Shown here piece after piece: positions 19,924 to 29,469 of a stretch of DNA of 61,628 bases. The notes beneath the pieces are model-generated. The model was not told where the DNA came from. It did no database searches and worked only from the letters and a program-made list of their open reading frames with translations. Both the position numbers and the translations under genes were made by a program. Position 1 is the stretch's first letter; every line of letters starts with the position of its first letter. Source of the DNA: a virus (Duplodnaviria; Caudoviricetes); IMG/VR virus record IMGVR_UViG_3300042195_000088, positions 1 to 61,628 of that record, one strand, 5' to 3'.

Positions 19924-20105
19924 GCGAATACGTCGGGATGATCATCGCCGGAAGCGGACTCGTCATCGCACTGCTCACTCTGGCGCTTAGCCAGCGCTAC
20001 CACTGCCGGCGGGACGACAGACTGCGCGGCCAGCAGGATCAGCGCGTGGAGGATCACGAGCGACGACTGCTGCGGCTGGAGCACACGCGGGACGGTGGGC
20101 GGTAA
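19920..20105 (+). CDS. Small single-TM protein (holin-like)
   Basis: N-terminal TM helix and DHERRLLRLE tail; coupled to the endolysin start. Confidence 0.5.
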   Translation: MSEYVGMIIAGSGLVIALLTLALSQRYHCRRDDRLRGQQDQRVEDHERRLLRLEHTRDGGR

Positions 20106-20500
20106 TGCCTCGCTTCTCCAGTCTGTCAGAACAGCGCCTCCTGTCGTGCGACGAACGGCTGCAACGTCTCATGCGAGAAGCCATCAAGCATGTGGACTTC
20201 ACCGTCATATGCGGCCACAGGGGACGGGACGAGCAGGAAGACGCCTTCCGGCTCGGTCGCTCCAAAGTGCGCTGGCCAAACTCCAAGCACAACCGCTACC
20301 CGTCCGTGGCGGTCGATGTTGCGCCGTACCCGATCGATTGGCAGGACACCGCACGGTTCGCCCGCTTGGCCGGCTACATCGAGCGCATCGCTCAGGAGAT
20401 GGACATTCGCATCCGCTGGGGCGGCGATTGGGACATGGACGGCCGGACGGCTGACGAGCGCCTCGTAGACATGCCCCACATAGAACTCATTACGGAGTGA
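20105..20500 (+). CDS. Endolysin, peptidase M15 (L-Ala-D-Glu peptidase type)
   Basis: CGHR, SKHN...AVD, RWGGDW and DMPHIEL zinc-peptidase motifs. Confidence 0.92.
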   Translation: MPRFSSLSEQRLLSCDERLQRLMREAIKHVDFTVICGHRGRDEQEDAFRLGRSKVRWPNSKHNRYPSVAVDVAPYPIDWQDTARFARLAGYIERIAQEMDIRIRWGGDWDMDGRTADERLVDMPHIELITE

Positions 20501-20505
20501 CCTGA

Positions 20506-20697
20506 ATGCCAGAACCATCCAACGCCCCGACCCGAAAGGTCGCAATCGGCGGCGCCGCCGGCGCGCTGGCGACGATCATCTGCTGGGCCTCGTCCGCATT
20601 CGGCGGGGTAGAGATCCCGGCGGAGATCGCTGTCGCCATCACGGCGCTCGTCACTTTTGGCCTTCAGTACTTCGTCGCAGACAAGGAGACCACATGA
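20506..20697 (+). CDS. Holin (two TM helices)
   Basis: PTRKVAIGGAAGALATII...IPAEIAVAITALVTF; immediately after the endolysin. Confidence 0.7.
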   Translation: MPEPSNAPTRKVAIGGAAGALATIICWASSAFGGVEIPAEIAVAITALVTFGLQYFVADKETT

Positions 20698-20903
20698 CCC
20701 ACTCTCTCGCCGCCGCTGCCACCCTGTGCGCCGTCCTCTCGGGATGTGCGAGTCTTAATAGCCAGGTCGCCCCACGCGTCGCCAAGGCCGTGAAGGCGTA
20801 TTGCTTAGAACCGCAAGAATCACGCACGTTGATTCGCGCGCAGGTAAACCAAATCACCGCGCCAAACAGCGTGAAAGTGACATGTGAGGGCGATGTAGAA
20901 TAG
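20694..20903 (+). CDS. Lipoprotein, probable outer-membrane spanin component
   Basis: Signal peptide with LSGC lipobox; last gene of the lysis cassette. Confidence 0.65.
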   Translation: MTHSLAAAATLCAVLSGCASLNSQVAPRVAKAVKAYCLEPQESRTLIRAQVNQITAPNSVKVTCEGDVE

Positions 20904-20961
20904 CGGGAACGTGACGCGTCCTGTGTCGTGAGGCGGGAGTCTAGGCACGGTGCAGCGCTCG

Positions 20962-21965
20962 TCAGCCCAGCGCACTTCCTGCGAACGGGTCAGGCAGCGC
21001 CGGGTCCCTGATGCCCATCTGCGCGGTACCCAGGGCCTTTGCTCTCAGCCCGTCACCGCTTGTCGTGATCGTACAAGGCGGGAATGAGAATTGGTCGATT
21101 AAGTAGACCTCGCAATTCTCTCCCTCCGATACCGTGACGAGCGCGACGCCCGAGACTTCGAGGGACTTGCCGTCAGCTTTGTAGATTCGGATCTTCATGG
21201 CGGCTCTCTCAGATAATTCAGAACGTCGGCTCTTCGGTCGGCGGATCGATGCGGTGGTAGCAGCGGGTGCAGATATGCTCACCTCTCGCCAGCCGCTCGA
21301 TCATCTCCGCAGCCTGCTCAAAGCGTAGCGCGAAGTGCGGCATGACGTTGCGGTGGTGTTGGTCAATCACTGGCGGCGGCGGTGGTTCTTTCGCCCACTC
21401 GCGATTTACACGAGCGCGCTCGCGCAGCCATTGCGCCATGCCGGCGGGGCCGTGCTTGTCTACTGACGCGCTCATCAGCTATCAGTAGCTCGCTTCAACC
21501 ACTCGCTTATTTTCACGAGCGCCGCATCAACCCCATCAATCCCCGGCGACAGTTCCTTGTACCAATCGTCCTCTGGGTCGATGGTCGCGCAAAGGTGATC
21601 GGCACAGTCGCGCAACTTGTGAACGGCCTCCATTAACTCCCGCACCTCCGCCTGTGGCGGGTAGGGCGGCTTGTGCTCCGGCCAGCGCCTATTGCTGCCA
21701 GCGGTGTAGCCCTTCCCATACGCACGTGAATACGTGGCAGTCACGGGTGCTCCGCGCGCTCGCCGCGCCAATACTTCCGAACTTCAGCCTTCACGCGCTC
21801 CCACTTCGCATCGAGCAGGCGGCGAAACTTCCGCTGGCCGTCCTGCCGCGCGCCGTAGTGCGTTGGACCGAGCCGCTTGTCGTGCTTTCGGCCGACCTTC
21901 TTGCGATTCCCGGCGCGCGTGAACTGCTCTGAGAGCGGCGTTTTGTGGTCGAAATCAAGTCGCAT
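20962..21965 (-). other. Cluster of small leftward hypothetical ORFs (e.g. 21218-21475, 21475-21771, 21741-21965)
   Basis: Overlapping start/stop chain at the distal end of the early-left arm; no recognised motifs. Confidence 0.55.
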
Positions 21966-22041
21966 GGCGCCCCCGGCAGGATTCGAACCTGCGACACCGG
22001 GAATAGAAGTCCCGTGCTCTATCCAACTGAGCTACGAGGGC
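21965..22041 (-). tRNA. tRNA-Arg(UCU) with encoded CCA
   Basis: Reverse complement GCCCTCGTAGCTCAGTTGGATAGAGCACGGGACTTCTATTCCCGGTGTCGCAGGTTCGAATCCTGCCGGGGGCGCCA folds as a cloverleaf; anticodon stem CGGGA/TCCCG, anticodon TCT, GGTTCGAATCC T-arm. Confidence 0.95.
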
Positions 22042-22046
22042 GGAAT

Positions 22047-22313
22047 TCATTTGAAGAACCGTTTCGGACATTCAAGAGTGAGTCCAACGATCTCTCCATC
22101 GCCGTCAGGCGTGTTCTCGCGGTGGATCTCGATACCCTCCGCGACACGGATCGTCGTATAGCTGCAGTCCTTCAGATGGATGTAGAGATTATCTAGGCGC
22201 TCATGATAGTAGGCGCACGGCTTAAACTCGCCGCCGCGCATGCTGCTGAGCAAGTCGTCCAGGGACAGAAAGGCAATGTCGCCTGAACGGTCATCCGGGT
22301 GTGGATCAGTCAT
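22047..22313 (-). CDS. DUF2283-like small protein
   Basis: YYHERLDNLYIHL...DGEIVGLTL pattern. Confidence 0.45.
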   Translation of the reverse strand: MTDPHPDDRSGDIAFLSLDDLLSSMRGGEFKPCAYYHERLDNLYIHLKDCSYTTIRVAEGIEIHRENTPDGDGEIVGLTLECPKRFFK

Positions 22314-22583
22314 GCTCACCTCCTCGACGCACTGCGGGTCTGCCCGGCCGGCGCAGGTACACGGCCAGAGTCCGTGGGTATTGCGCGGGCCAGAGGCTAC
22401 GCCCATTCGCCAATTGTTCGTATTCTTCGTCCATCCAAGCGCAAGCGTTGGCAATCAGTCCGCAGTTGCCGCAAGCCTCGTGCGACTCTCCAATACGCCT
22501 CCATCGCACGCGTCCTCGCGCATGACGCCTGCACCCATCTGCAGGGCATGGGCACACATAGCGATGACCGCATCGAGGGCAAA

Positions 22584-22889
22584 TCATGATGGCCTGTGCT
22601 CCAAGAGCCATTGAGTGATTTCCTTGGCAGTGACTGAGCCCTGATGCTTGTCTGGATGGCAGAGCTGAATGAGTTGCCTGAAACGCTTTGAATCAAGCCC
22701 CAAAGCTCCATTGCCATTCATCTTGATTCGTGCGGGTTTCCGCATGAAACGAGTGATGTAGAACTCAATGGTACGAAGGGAGACTGACATCTCTTTTGCC
22801 AGTGATTCATTAGATGGCAGTTTCTTGCGGGTAGCCGCAACTTTAGCTATGCGAGCCAATTGAGCCTTTGTGAGTTTGGTTGTTCGCAT
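22584..22889 (-). CDS. HTH protein with C-terminal J-domain-like HPD segment
   Basis: SNESLAKEMSVSLRTIEFYI (HTH-like) and FRQLIQLCHPDKH. Confidence 0.6.
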   Translation of the reverse strand: MRTTKLTKAQLARIAKVAATRKKLPSNESLAKEMSVSLRTIEFYITRFMRKPARIKMNGNGALGLDSKRFRQLIQLCHPDKHQGSVTAKEITQWLLEHRPS

Positions 22890-22929
22890 CAGAGGCGCTC
22901 AGGTTCTCTCGTCTCGACGCTCAGCGCGC

Positions 22930-25019
22930 CTATTGAGGCGTGCCATGGACATGGCAATACGGAGGAACATCGCCGGGTCCTGCGGCTTTGCACCCACATG
23001 GATACTCTCGGGTGGTGTGGAGCGCGCGCGATTGCTCAACCACCTCAGCGATTCCAGAACTCGGCACGGACGCTGATCTCATTGGATAACACCTTTCGCA
23101 AAGTGGCAGTTTCATAGACTCTCTCCGGTTCTCACACCAGCTCTAGCCATCCACGCCTCGCGCATCCAGCGCTTGAACGATGAGCCCCAACCGCTCCTGA
23201 AAGGCTCGTCTGAGCCGTACGCGCGTGTGAAACCCTTTCGCTGCCAGTCTTCAAACCACGTCTCAAAGTCTTCGTTCTCGTGCTCTTCTGCTTGAGCCTC
23301 AAGCATCTCTGCCGTGTGGCATTCGCTGCGCATGTGCTCGCCGGGCATCACGCACCCTTCTAGTCCGCATGCGAGTACCATCTCGTGCTCATCGTCATTT
23401 TCCGGCTCGCGATAGCCATCGTCGTTTTCGAATCGATCTTCTTCGTATGGGTTGCTCATGAGGTGCATCCTCTGTCGCATGGATTGCGGCGCATCGCATG
23501 CGGCGGATAATGCTGACACGAGTAGTACGTCACGCCGCTTTCATACGGCAGTCGAATTTCCGTCCACGACAGGGTCGACGCGGCAGCGACACGCGCGTCC
23601 ACGCAGGATACGCACCCGCAGCCGGTGTACGGCACCAGCGGGTCTTTGCTCCAGTGGGCAGACGGCAGGACGACAGGTTCCGTCTCAGAGCGGCTCACGG
23701 CGAAACTGGATTTCCCCATCGCGCGCCGCGCACACTCCTCGCCGTACCTGCGAATCTCTGTGATGGCCTCGCCCAGCGTTGTGCGCTCGGCCTTGTAGCG
23801 CTGCATGATGTTGTGGGGCTCGCGGTCTTGAGGCGCTGGCGGTTCGGCAGGTAACCCCGTGAGCGTGAGTCCTTCGGTTGCGGCTCTGACGCGTGCCCCG
23901 TGAACGGGGCAATCAGGGTCGTTCTTCCAATGCTGAGTGACCGTATCACCATGCTGGGTGAAACGTACGCAGGTGCATTGCGGTTCGCTCCGTGAGTCAG
24001 CGAGCTGGCCTGCGATGTAATCCGCGAGATTTTCCAGTTCGGCAATGCCGGCGGTGATGGTCGAGTGCCCAGTCGGTGTTAATACATCCGCGAGCTGCAT
24101 AGCCTCGCGGGTGTCATCGTATGCCCACCGGCTACAGCGATAGCCCTGCAGGATCTTCAGTACCTGCTCTGTAGTCATCGTCTTTGTCACAGCCCCACCC
24201 CCTTCGCCGCCGCCTCTCGCATCTGGTCAATGATCCGCTGCTGGTAGGCTTCCGGCGCGGTCTTGGGCACGAAGCCCTCGATCCCTGCCCATATGTCGTA
24301 CACCTCGCGGCAGTGGGGGCAGGTGGGTTCGGATTCACCTCGCAGGAAAGCGGCCATCTCCAGTCCGATCTCGTTCGGGATCGTGAATTCATCCTCACCG
24401 CATGCATCGGCAATCTTGGCGCGGCCGCTCAAGTAATCGGCGATTTCATCCTTTGTCATGAGAACCTCGTGACACGAAGACGTCCACATCGTTCACAGCA
24501 CCATAGCCAGAACATCGGGCCGTCTTTGCGATTGTCCCGGCAAAGCGCCGCTTCTTCCTTTCGATGCCGGCAGAATAGTTGCTTGAAACTCATGGTTCCG
24601 CCGTATGGTTCAGCGCGCTACCAGTTTGATACCGACAGGGCCGCCAGTGAGGCGTGACGCTGATTCAATTGCTTCCTCGAGCGATGAGGCTTGAGTAACA
24701 GTCGAGACGTGCCCGTCCGGCTCCTTGCGGAGTACAGACCACATCCCAAATTCGTACGTCAGAAGAAACTCGGTCATAGAGGCTCCGAAGTTGAGTTATC
24801 GGGTGAGTAGAGCATCCGCTCGAATCGCATACCGAGATCCCGAGCCCTCTCTTCGCCCGCAAGATACCCGGCGCGCTCAGCGTGATATCTTCTATCCGTG
24901 AACGTTTTGCGCCGCAGATCGGCTAGTTGATTTCGCCTCGCCGACAGACCGTCCACAATGTCGCGCAACTCTTGCCGCGTGACCTCGATGTGAATCGCGT
25001 CGCTCTCACCGATTGCCAC
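22930..25019 (-). other. Cluster of leftward hypothetical ORFs (23112-23460, 23456-24190, 24187-24460, 24774-25019 and others)
   Basis: Coupled small ORFs, several Cys/His rich; no recognised families. Some starts are approximate. Confidence 0.5.
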
Positions 25020-25155
25020 TGGCTCTATCCTTTCGTTTCGCGACGAGCTGTCGGTAATACTCGGCGCCCCCTCGCGCCTTGCGCTTGCCCTTGCCGGCCT
25101 TTCCGCCAGCCGCCCCGAGCAGGGCAGCAGCGGAAGATTTCTTCTTGCGGGCCAT
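25006..25155 (-). CDS. 49-aa basic Gly/Lys-rich protein, possibly DNA-binding (not in ORF track)
   Basis: MARKKKSSAAALLGAAGGKAGKGKRKARGGAEYYRQLVAKRKDRASGNR; ATG overlaps the upstream TGA. Confidence 0.65.
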   Translation of the reverse strand: MARKKKSSAAALLGAAGGKAGKGKRKARGGAEYYRQLVAKRKDRASGNR

Positions 25156-25397
25156 CAAGCCGCCTTGCGCAGCTGGATGCGCCAGCCCGGCGTGCCCGTG
25201 TTACACACCTCGCGAATCGGCTCATCCGTTTCCTTGTCGTGGGTGTCCGTGTACTCCACCTCGCCGTCGTCGTCCGCGCTGACTTCCTCGATCGCGCTCA
25301 GGGCTGCGTCGATGTTCTGGACGCGCACAGTAACCGTGCGGTCTTCGTTGATGCTCGTGCCGATGGCGTTTTCGATCTGAGTGCGCAGCGTCGTCAT
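25155..25397 (-). CDS. Acidic hypothetical protein
   Basis: MTTLRTQIENAIG...; GGGAG RBS and its own promoter. Confidence 0.65.
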   Translation of the reverse strand: MTTLRTQIENAIGTSINEDRTVTVRVQNIDAALSAIEEVSADDDGEVEYTDTHDKETDEPIREVCNTGTPGWRIQLRKAA

Positions 25398-25435
25398 CTT
25401 CTTCTCCCGGTCAGGACCATCCCGACTATGGGGAG

Positions 25436-25464
25436 AGTATACGCAAGCGCTTGCGTACATGCAA
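25436..25464 (-). promoter_or_regulatory. Sigma70-type promoter with an 18-bp perfect palindrome
   Basis: TTGCAT-17 bp-TATACT on the minus strand; TACGCAAGCGCTTGCGTA at 25440-25457. Confidence 0.8.
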
Positions 25465-25688
25465 CTACTATCGATGCCGCTACGCATCAGGAGGCGCTGC
25501 TGGTTGAACGGCGCCGCACTTACAGCGAGCTATTTTAAGCCCTTCCAGAGACTCCACACGCTTCACCTCGCGATTCCGGGCCATCAAGTCGGCCGCGAAA
25601 TTACCGATCTCCCGACGAGTCGTCTTCTCGTCGTCAACGAGTGCCGCTGTGACGTTTCCGCAGCACTTGGCCACGCCGATGTAGTAGC

Positions 25689-26051
25689 TCATGATGTGTA
25701 CTCGAACTCGATCCGCGTCACGATGCTATCCGGCGTGCAGCCCTTGTGGGTGCCGCAGAACATCTGGACGAACTCGTAAATCTGGACTTCGCCAAAACCC
25801 TCGCGGATGCATTCTTCGATCCCGTACTTAGGGTCGTCCATCATCCGGCGCAGCGGCTCAAGCGTCACGCCAGTCACACGGATAGGCCCGCGTAGCCGTT
25901 CAATCTTCTCGCCGGGCTTCAGGCCCATCCCTTTCCGCACCGGCTGTATGAGCGTCCCAGGCTTCAGGGTGCGCCAGCCCATGCGGCGGGTCACCGTCTT
26001 GGTGCCAGCCTTGACTTGCTCGGTCGTGAGCGCAAAGGACATGTTACGCAT
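25689..26051 (-). CDS. ASCH/PUA-like domain protein
   Basis: MSFALTTEQVKAGTKTVTRR, REGF and RIEF motifs. Confidence 0.8.
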   Translation of the reverse strand: MRNMSFALTTEQVKAGTKTVTRRMGWRTLKPGTLIQPVRKGMGLKPGEKIERLRGPIRVTGVTLEPLRRMMDDPKYGIEECIREGFGEVQIYEFVQMFCGTHKGCTPDSIVTRIEFEYTS

Positions 26052-27052
26052 CGGGCTTCCCACGCAAGTATGGCGCGACAGTCTCCGGCTCGCAGAAAAG
26101 GTCGTATTCGCCAGGAGGAAGCCCGGGAGCGTACAGGTGCAGCACCTCCATCGTTCCATCCTCCCCGACACGGATCGCCGCTATAGGGGCCTGAGCATGC
26201 TCTGGAACTCCAGAAAGGGCCTTCTCGCCAGCCGGTAGGCAATCGCATATCCAGTCGCACTGGACAGTCTGCGATCCATGGTGAAAGTCGTGCCATGACT
26301 TTGCAGCCGTGACGAATCGCTGCAGGGCTGCGCGAAGCTGGGCGTTCTCTTCCCGCACAATATCGAGCCCTTGCTCTTGCCCGGCTATCGTGAGCTTCAT
26401 GTCAGCGATCTTCATAAAATACGCCCCAGTTTGCGGTAAACGTACTCGGACAGGCATTGTGGAGCATCACCGCGCCGCCGGAAAACCTCGTAGATTTCAT
26501 TGAGCAGTACGGTATCCGTACCCACGTCCTGCCGGTGTGAGTCGCGCCTCAGTAGCTCCTGCTCCAGTACGACTTCATCGACTTGGCCGATGATCTCTGA
26601 AGCATCCACCTCAACTTCGACTGTTGAGTAGATGCGTCTAGCGGGACTAGCCATTGGAGTCTCCGGACTGTGGTGAAATAGCTCGGCCGGCCTTCAGGCA
26701 CTTCCTGCACATTTGCGCAGGCCCGATAGTCGAGAGTCGATCGATGCTGTACCTGTACCCGCACACGCTGCGAGCCGTATCGACGTCGCGCGATGCCGGG
26801 CTCCAGTGGTGGAAAAGTCTGCCGGTTGGCGTCTTAGCCCACATCGTTAGGCGCTCTCGTGGGGTTGAGCGCGTCGCTTCGCATGGGGCCACTGCGGCAG
26901 GATCGGTCGAAGCCGTGCCTCCCGCTCATCGATGGCCCGCTGCAGGCTGCGCGCAAGCATCGGCTTGATGACGCGCTCGCGGATCGCCATGCGTAGCCGC
27001 TCGACGTCCTCCTTCGGGACCGGCGTCACCTTGCTTGGATCGATGTTCAGCA

Positions 27053-27244
27053 TCAGCCACCCTCCGCAGGCGTGGGGACTTGTTGCGGTCGCGCTGCCAT
27101 CGCGAGGGCGAGCAGGCTGTAGACGGCGGCCTCAAGGTGCTCGGCGGCATCGCCGGTCGTCGTGAGTGACTGCTCGCGCTCAACCTTGCCGTCGAACTCG
27201 CGACGGAACGTCACGGTGACCTTCGGGATGTACGGCTTAGCCAT
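27053..27244 (-). CDS. Hypothetical protein, paralog of 28398-28625
   Basis: PKVTVTFRREFDGKVEREQS shared with PRFTVTVRRECDGKVEREQS. Confidence 0.6.
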   Translation of the reverse strand: MAKPYIPKVTVTFRREFDGKVEREQSLTTTGDAAEHLEAAVYSLLALAMAARPQQVPTPAEGG

Positions 27245-27268
27245 GCTTTGCTCCCACGGTTGGATGTT

Positions 27269-27613
27269 TCACTTTATTCTTCCCGCAACGCCAAGCAGGA
27301 TTGTCTCGATCCGCGAAATGGACTCCTCCATTGACGCGAGACGCGAGACCACTTCGGCAGAGATCTCAGGCGAGGATTTCTCAGTGCCGGAAAGACGAGC
27401 GATCTCTTTACCAGGAATAAAGGTTCGACCGCCTTCACGAATCACTATGATCTGTTCAGCGTTCATCATTTTGTACAGCGTCGCGTGGCTTGTGCGCAGA
27501 TATAGACAGGCCTCGTTGATGGTGTATCGCTGCACGAGATCCAATGGCGGCACTGCTGGAATGGTCGACGCTGGTTTTCTTGAACCACGTTTACTCGCGC
27601 TCACGATGACCAT
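27269..27613 (-). CDS. Excisionase-like HTH DNA-binding protein
   Basis: YTINEACLYLRTSHATLYKMM...GGRTFI motif. Confidence 0.75.
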   Translation of the reverse strand: MVIVSASKRGSRKPASTIPAVPPLDLVQRYTINEACLYLRTSHATLYKMMNAEQIIVIREGGRTFIPGKEIARLSGTEKSSPEISAEVVSRLASMEESISRIETILLGVAGRIK

Positions 27614-28401
27614 TCCCGCTTCGGGCGTCCCGGAGGTCTGGGTTTGCAGGCTTCATCGATTTTGTCGAGTAGCTCCATGAGCTTCGTCACGCGCTCCAGA
27701 ATATGCCTCTTGTTGGCTTTGCTGGCCTCAGCCACGATGAAGTCGTGGACCTTGTTGAGCGTCTCCTCCATGTTGACCAACGGCAAGAGCGCATGGTCCG
27801 TGAAGCGCTGCTGTGGTGTGTCCCGCTTGCGGGCTTCCTGTTCTTCTCGTTTCTTTTCACGTTCCTTCGTTTGACGCTCCCTAGCCTCGGCCTCTCTCCG
27901 CTTTCTCTCATTTGCCTCCCGCACACCTTTGGCGAGCGGTGACTCTTCCGCGATCCGACCTACAAGGAACTCGGCGCGCCCGGAGACGCCAACTTCATCC
28001 GCTACCCGATCGATGTCTGACTTATCCTCGAAAGAGGCCAGTTCTTCGCCGCGCTTGGCTTTGCTGCTCCATACGCGGCGCTCCGCCAGTACCTTGTATG
28101 GTTCTCCGAGCATTTTTGCGCAGATGAACATCTGGCGGAGCGCGTGTGCTTTGAGCTTTTGTGCCTCGATGATTGCGCGGTTGTCCTCGTGTAGCCGCCC
28201 CCATAGCGCGAGGCCTTCTGCAGCCATAAGGACGCGTTTTGTGGTGTCGATGTCGCGGACAGAAGCTAGCTGCCTCACCGCCTCTTCGTAGATGATTGGC
28301 GGCGACGGCTCCTTTCGCAGTTGCTGAGCGACGATGTCGCGCTGGACCGCTGGCAGCTTAGAGATTTCATGTTGAATGACTGCAGGAAGCGTAATCGTCA
28401 T
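27601..28401 (-). CDS. Hypothetical helical protein
   Basis: 266 aa ORF coupled to its neighbours; charged coiled-coil C-terminal half. Confidence 0.65.
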   Translation of the reverse strand: MTITLPAVIQHEISKLPAVQRDIVAQQLRKEPSPPIIYEEAVRQLASVRDIDTTKRVLMAAEGLALWGRLHEDNRAIIEAQKLKAHALRQMFICAKMLGEPYKVLAERRVWSSKAKRGEELASFEDKSDIDRVADEVGVSGRAEFLVGRIAEESPLAKGVREANERKRREAEARERQTKEREKKREEQEARKRDTPQQRFTDHALLPLVNMEETLNKVHDFIVAEASKANKRHILERVTKLMELLDKIDEACKPRPPGRPKREWSS

Positions 28402-28625
28402 GGTTTCTCCTGAGCTACTGATGCGCTGTCGGGTTGTGGATTGTTAAGAGACGCAAGGCTGATCGCGTTGCTCACGATCTCTTCGAGGTAGTAGCCGGAA
28501 CCGCCTACCAGCGAGATGGACTGCTCGCGTTCTACCTTCCCGTCGCACTCTCGACGGACGGTCACCGTGAAGCGCGGGTTGTACAGATTAGCCACGAGGT
28601 ACTTCTCCATTGTCATGTAGGTCAC
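28398..28625 (-). CDS. Hypothetical protein, paralog of 27053-27244
   Basis: Shared DGKVEREQS motif. Confidence 0.55.
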   Translation of the reverse strand: MTYMTMEKYLVANLYNPRFTVTVRRECDGKVEREQSISLVGGSGYYLEEIVSNAISLASLNNPQPDSASVAQEKP

Positions 28626-28799
28626 CCCAGCTGCCGCGGCAGGCTCGAGATGCAGTGTCGGGCGGCGTGGGTACGTCGCCCCAGGTACGGCCCACCCGGG
28701 CGTCGCGGATCGTCTTGACGTGGACGCGCCAGATGCGGGACCAGTGCATGTCCGTGAGACCGGAGGTGCGGATAAGTGTCACGCGCGTGGCGTTCAGGC

Positions 28800-29468
28800 T
28801 CATACGAGGTGTTTCCATGTATGACCCATACGGGCAGCGATCACGGCGCCTGTAGAGCAGCCAAAGCGACGCGCCCATTCTCTGAGAGTCACATCAGGAT
28901 TGCTGCGTATTTCGCGAACCCTCTCGGGCGTCAACTTGCGTATGCCAGAACCTGTCTCGGCTGGCGACGTACCGTGCTTGAAGCGATCCGCCTGATTGCC
29001 CACCGCGGTATCCCATCGCAGGTTGCTCAATCGACTGTCGGCGCCGTTGCCATTGTTGTGGCAGCCTTCGTGCGCAGGTGAAGGGCGCGGGCCAACGAAA
29101 GCCTCCAGCACCATCACATGAATCGCGATATGGCCGCGGCGCTCCTTGTCCCTCACCTTTACGACGCGATAGCCGCCCTCCATTGGCATGCCGATGCAGA
29201 GGCGGCCGGTCTGGTGCAATGAGTACACGCGTCCCATGTTCGAAACGCGGTAGTACTTCTCCCAGCCAACTACGTGGCGCCAATCTTCGCCGGGCAGCAC
29301 GAACTTCCCAGGCTCGAAAGGCGCCGCTGGCTGTGGCTTCTTCCATCCGCGCCGTTGGAGCGGGCGGCACGCATCACAGAACCGGGCGCGCAACGGCAGG
29401 GGATCGGCGAGTGCTGCACCGCAGCGGTGACAGTGAGGGTGTCGACGTCTGCGCGCTGACGCCGTCAT
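28800..29468 (-). CDS. NUMOD4/HNH homing-type endonuclease
   Basis: EDWRHVVGWEKYYRVSNMGRV (NUMOD4) and HVMVLEAFVGP...CHNNG...NLRWDT..N (HNH). Confidence 0.88.
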   Translation of the reverse strand: MTASARRRRHPHCHRCGAALADPLPLRARFCDACRPLQRRGWKKPQPAAPFEPGKFVLPGEDWRHVVGWEKYYRVSNMGRVYSLHQTGRLCIGMPMEGGYRVVKVRDKERRGHIAIHVMVLEAFVGPRPSPAHEGCHNNGNGADSRLSNLRWDTAVGNQADRFKHGTSPAETGSGIRKLTPERVREIRSNPDVTLREWARRFGCSTGAVIAARMGHTWKHLV

Positions 29469-29469
29469 G

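Noticed and set aside
21965-22041. tRNA as the attP core
   Set aside because: It is a complete gene 8 kb from int with no arm or IHF context seen; 29470-29670 fits attP better.
24600-24780. Apparent non-coding gap, possible ncRNA
   Set aside because: Contains a short minus-strand ORF (MTEFLLTYEFG...) below the track cutoff.
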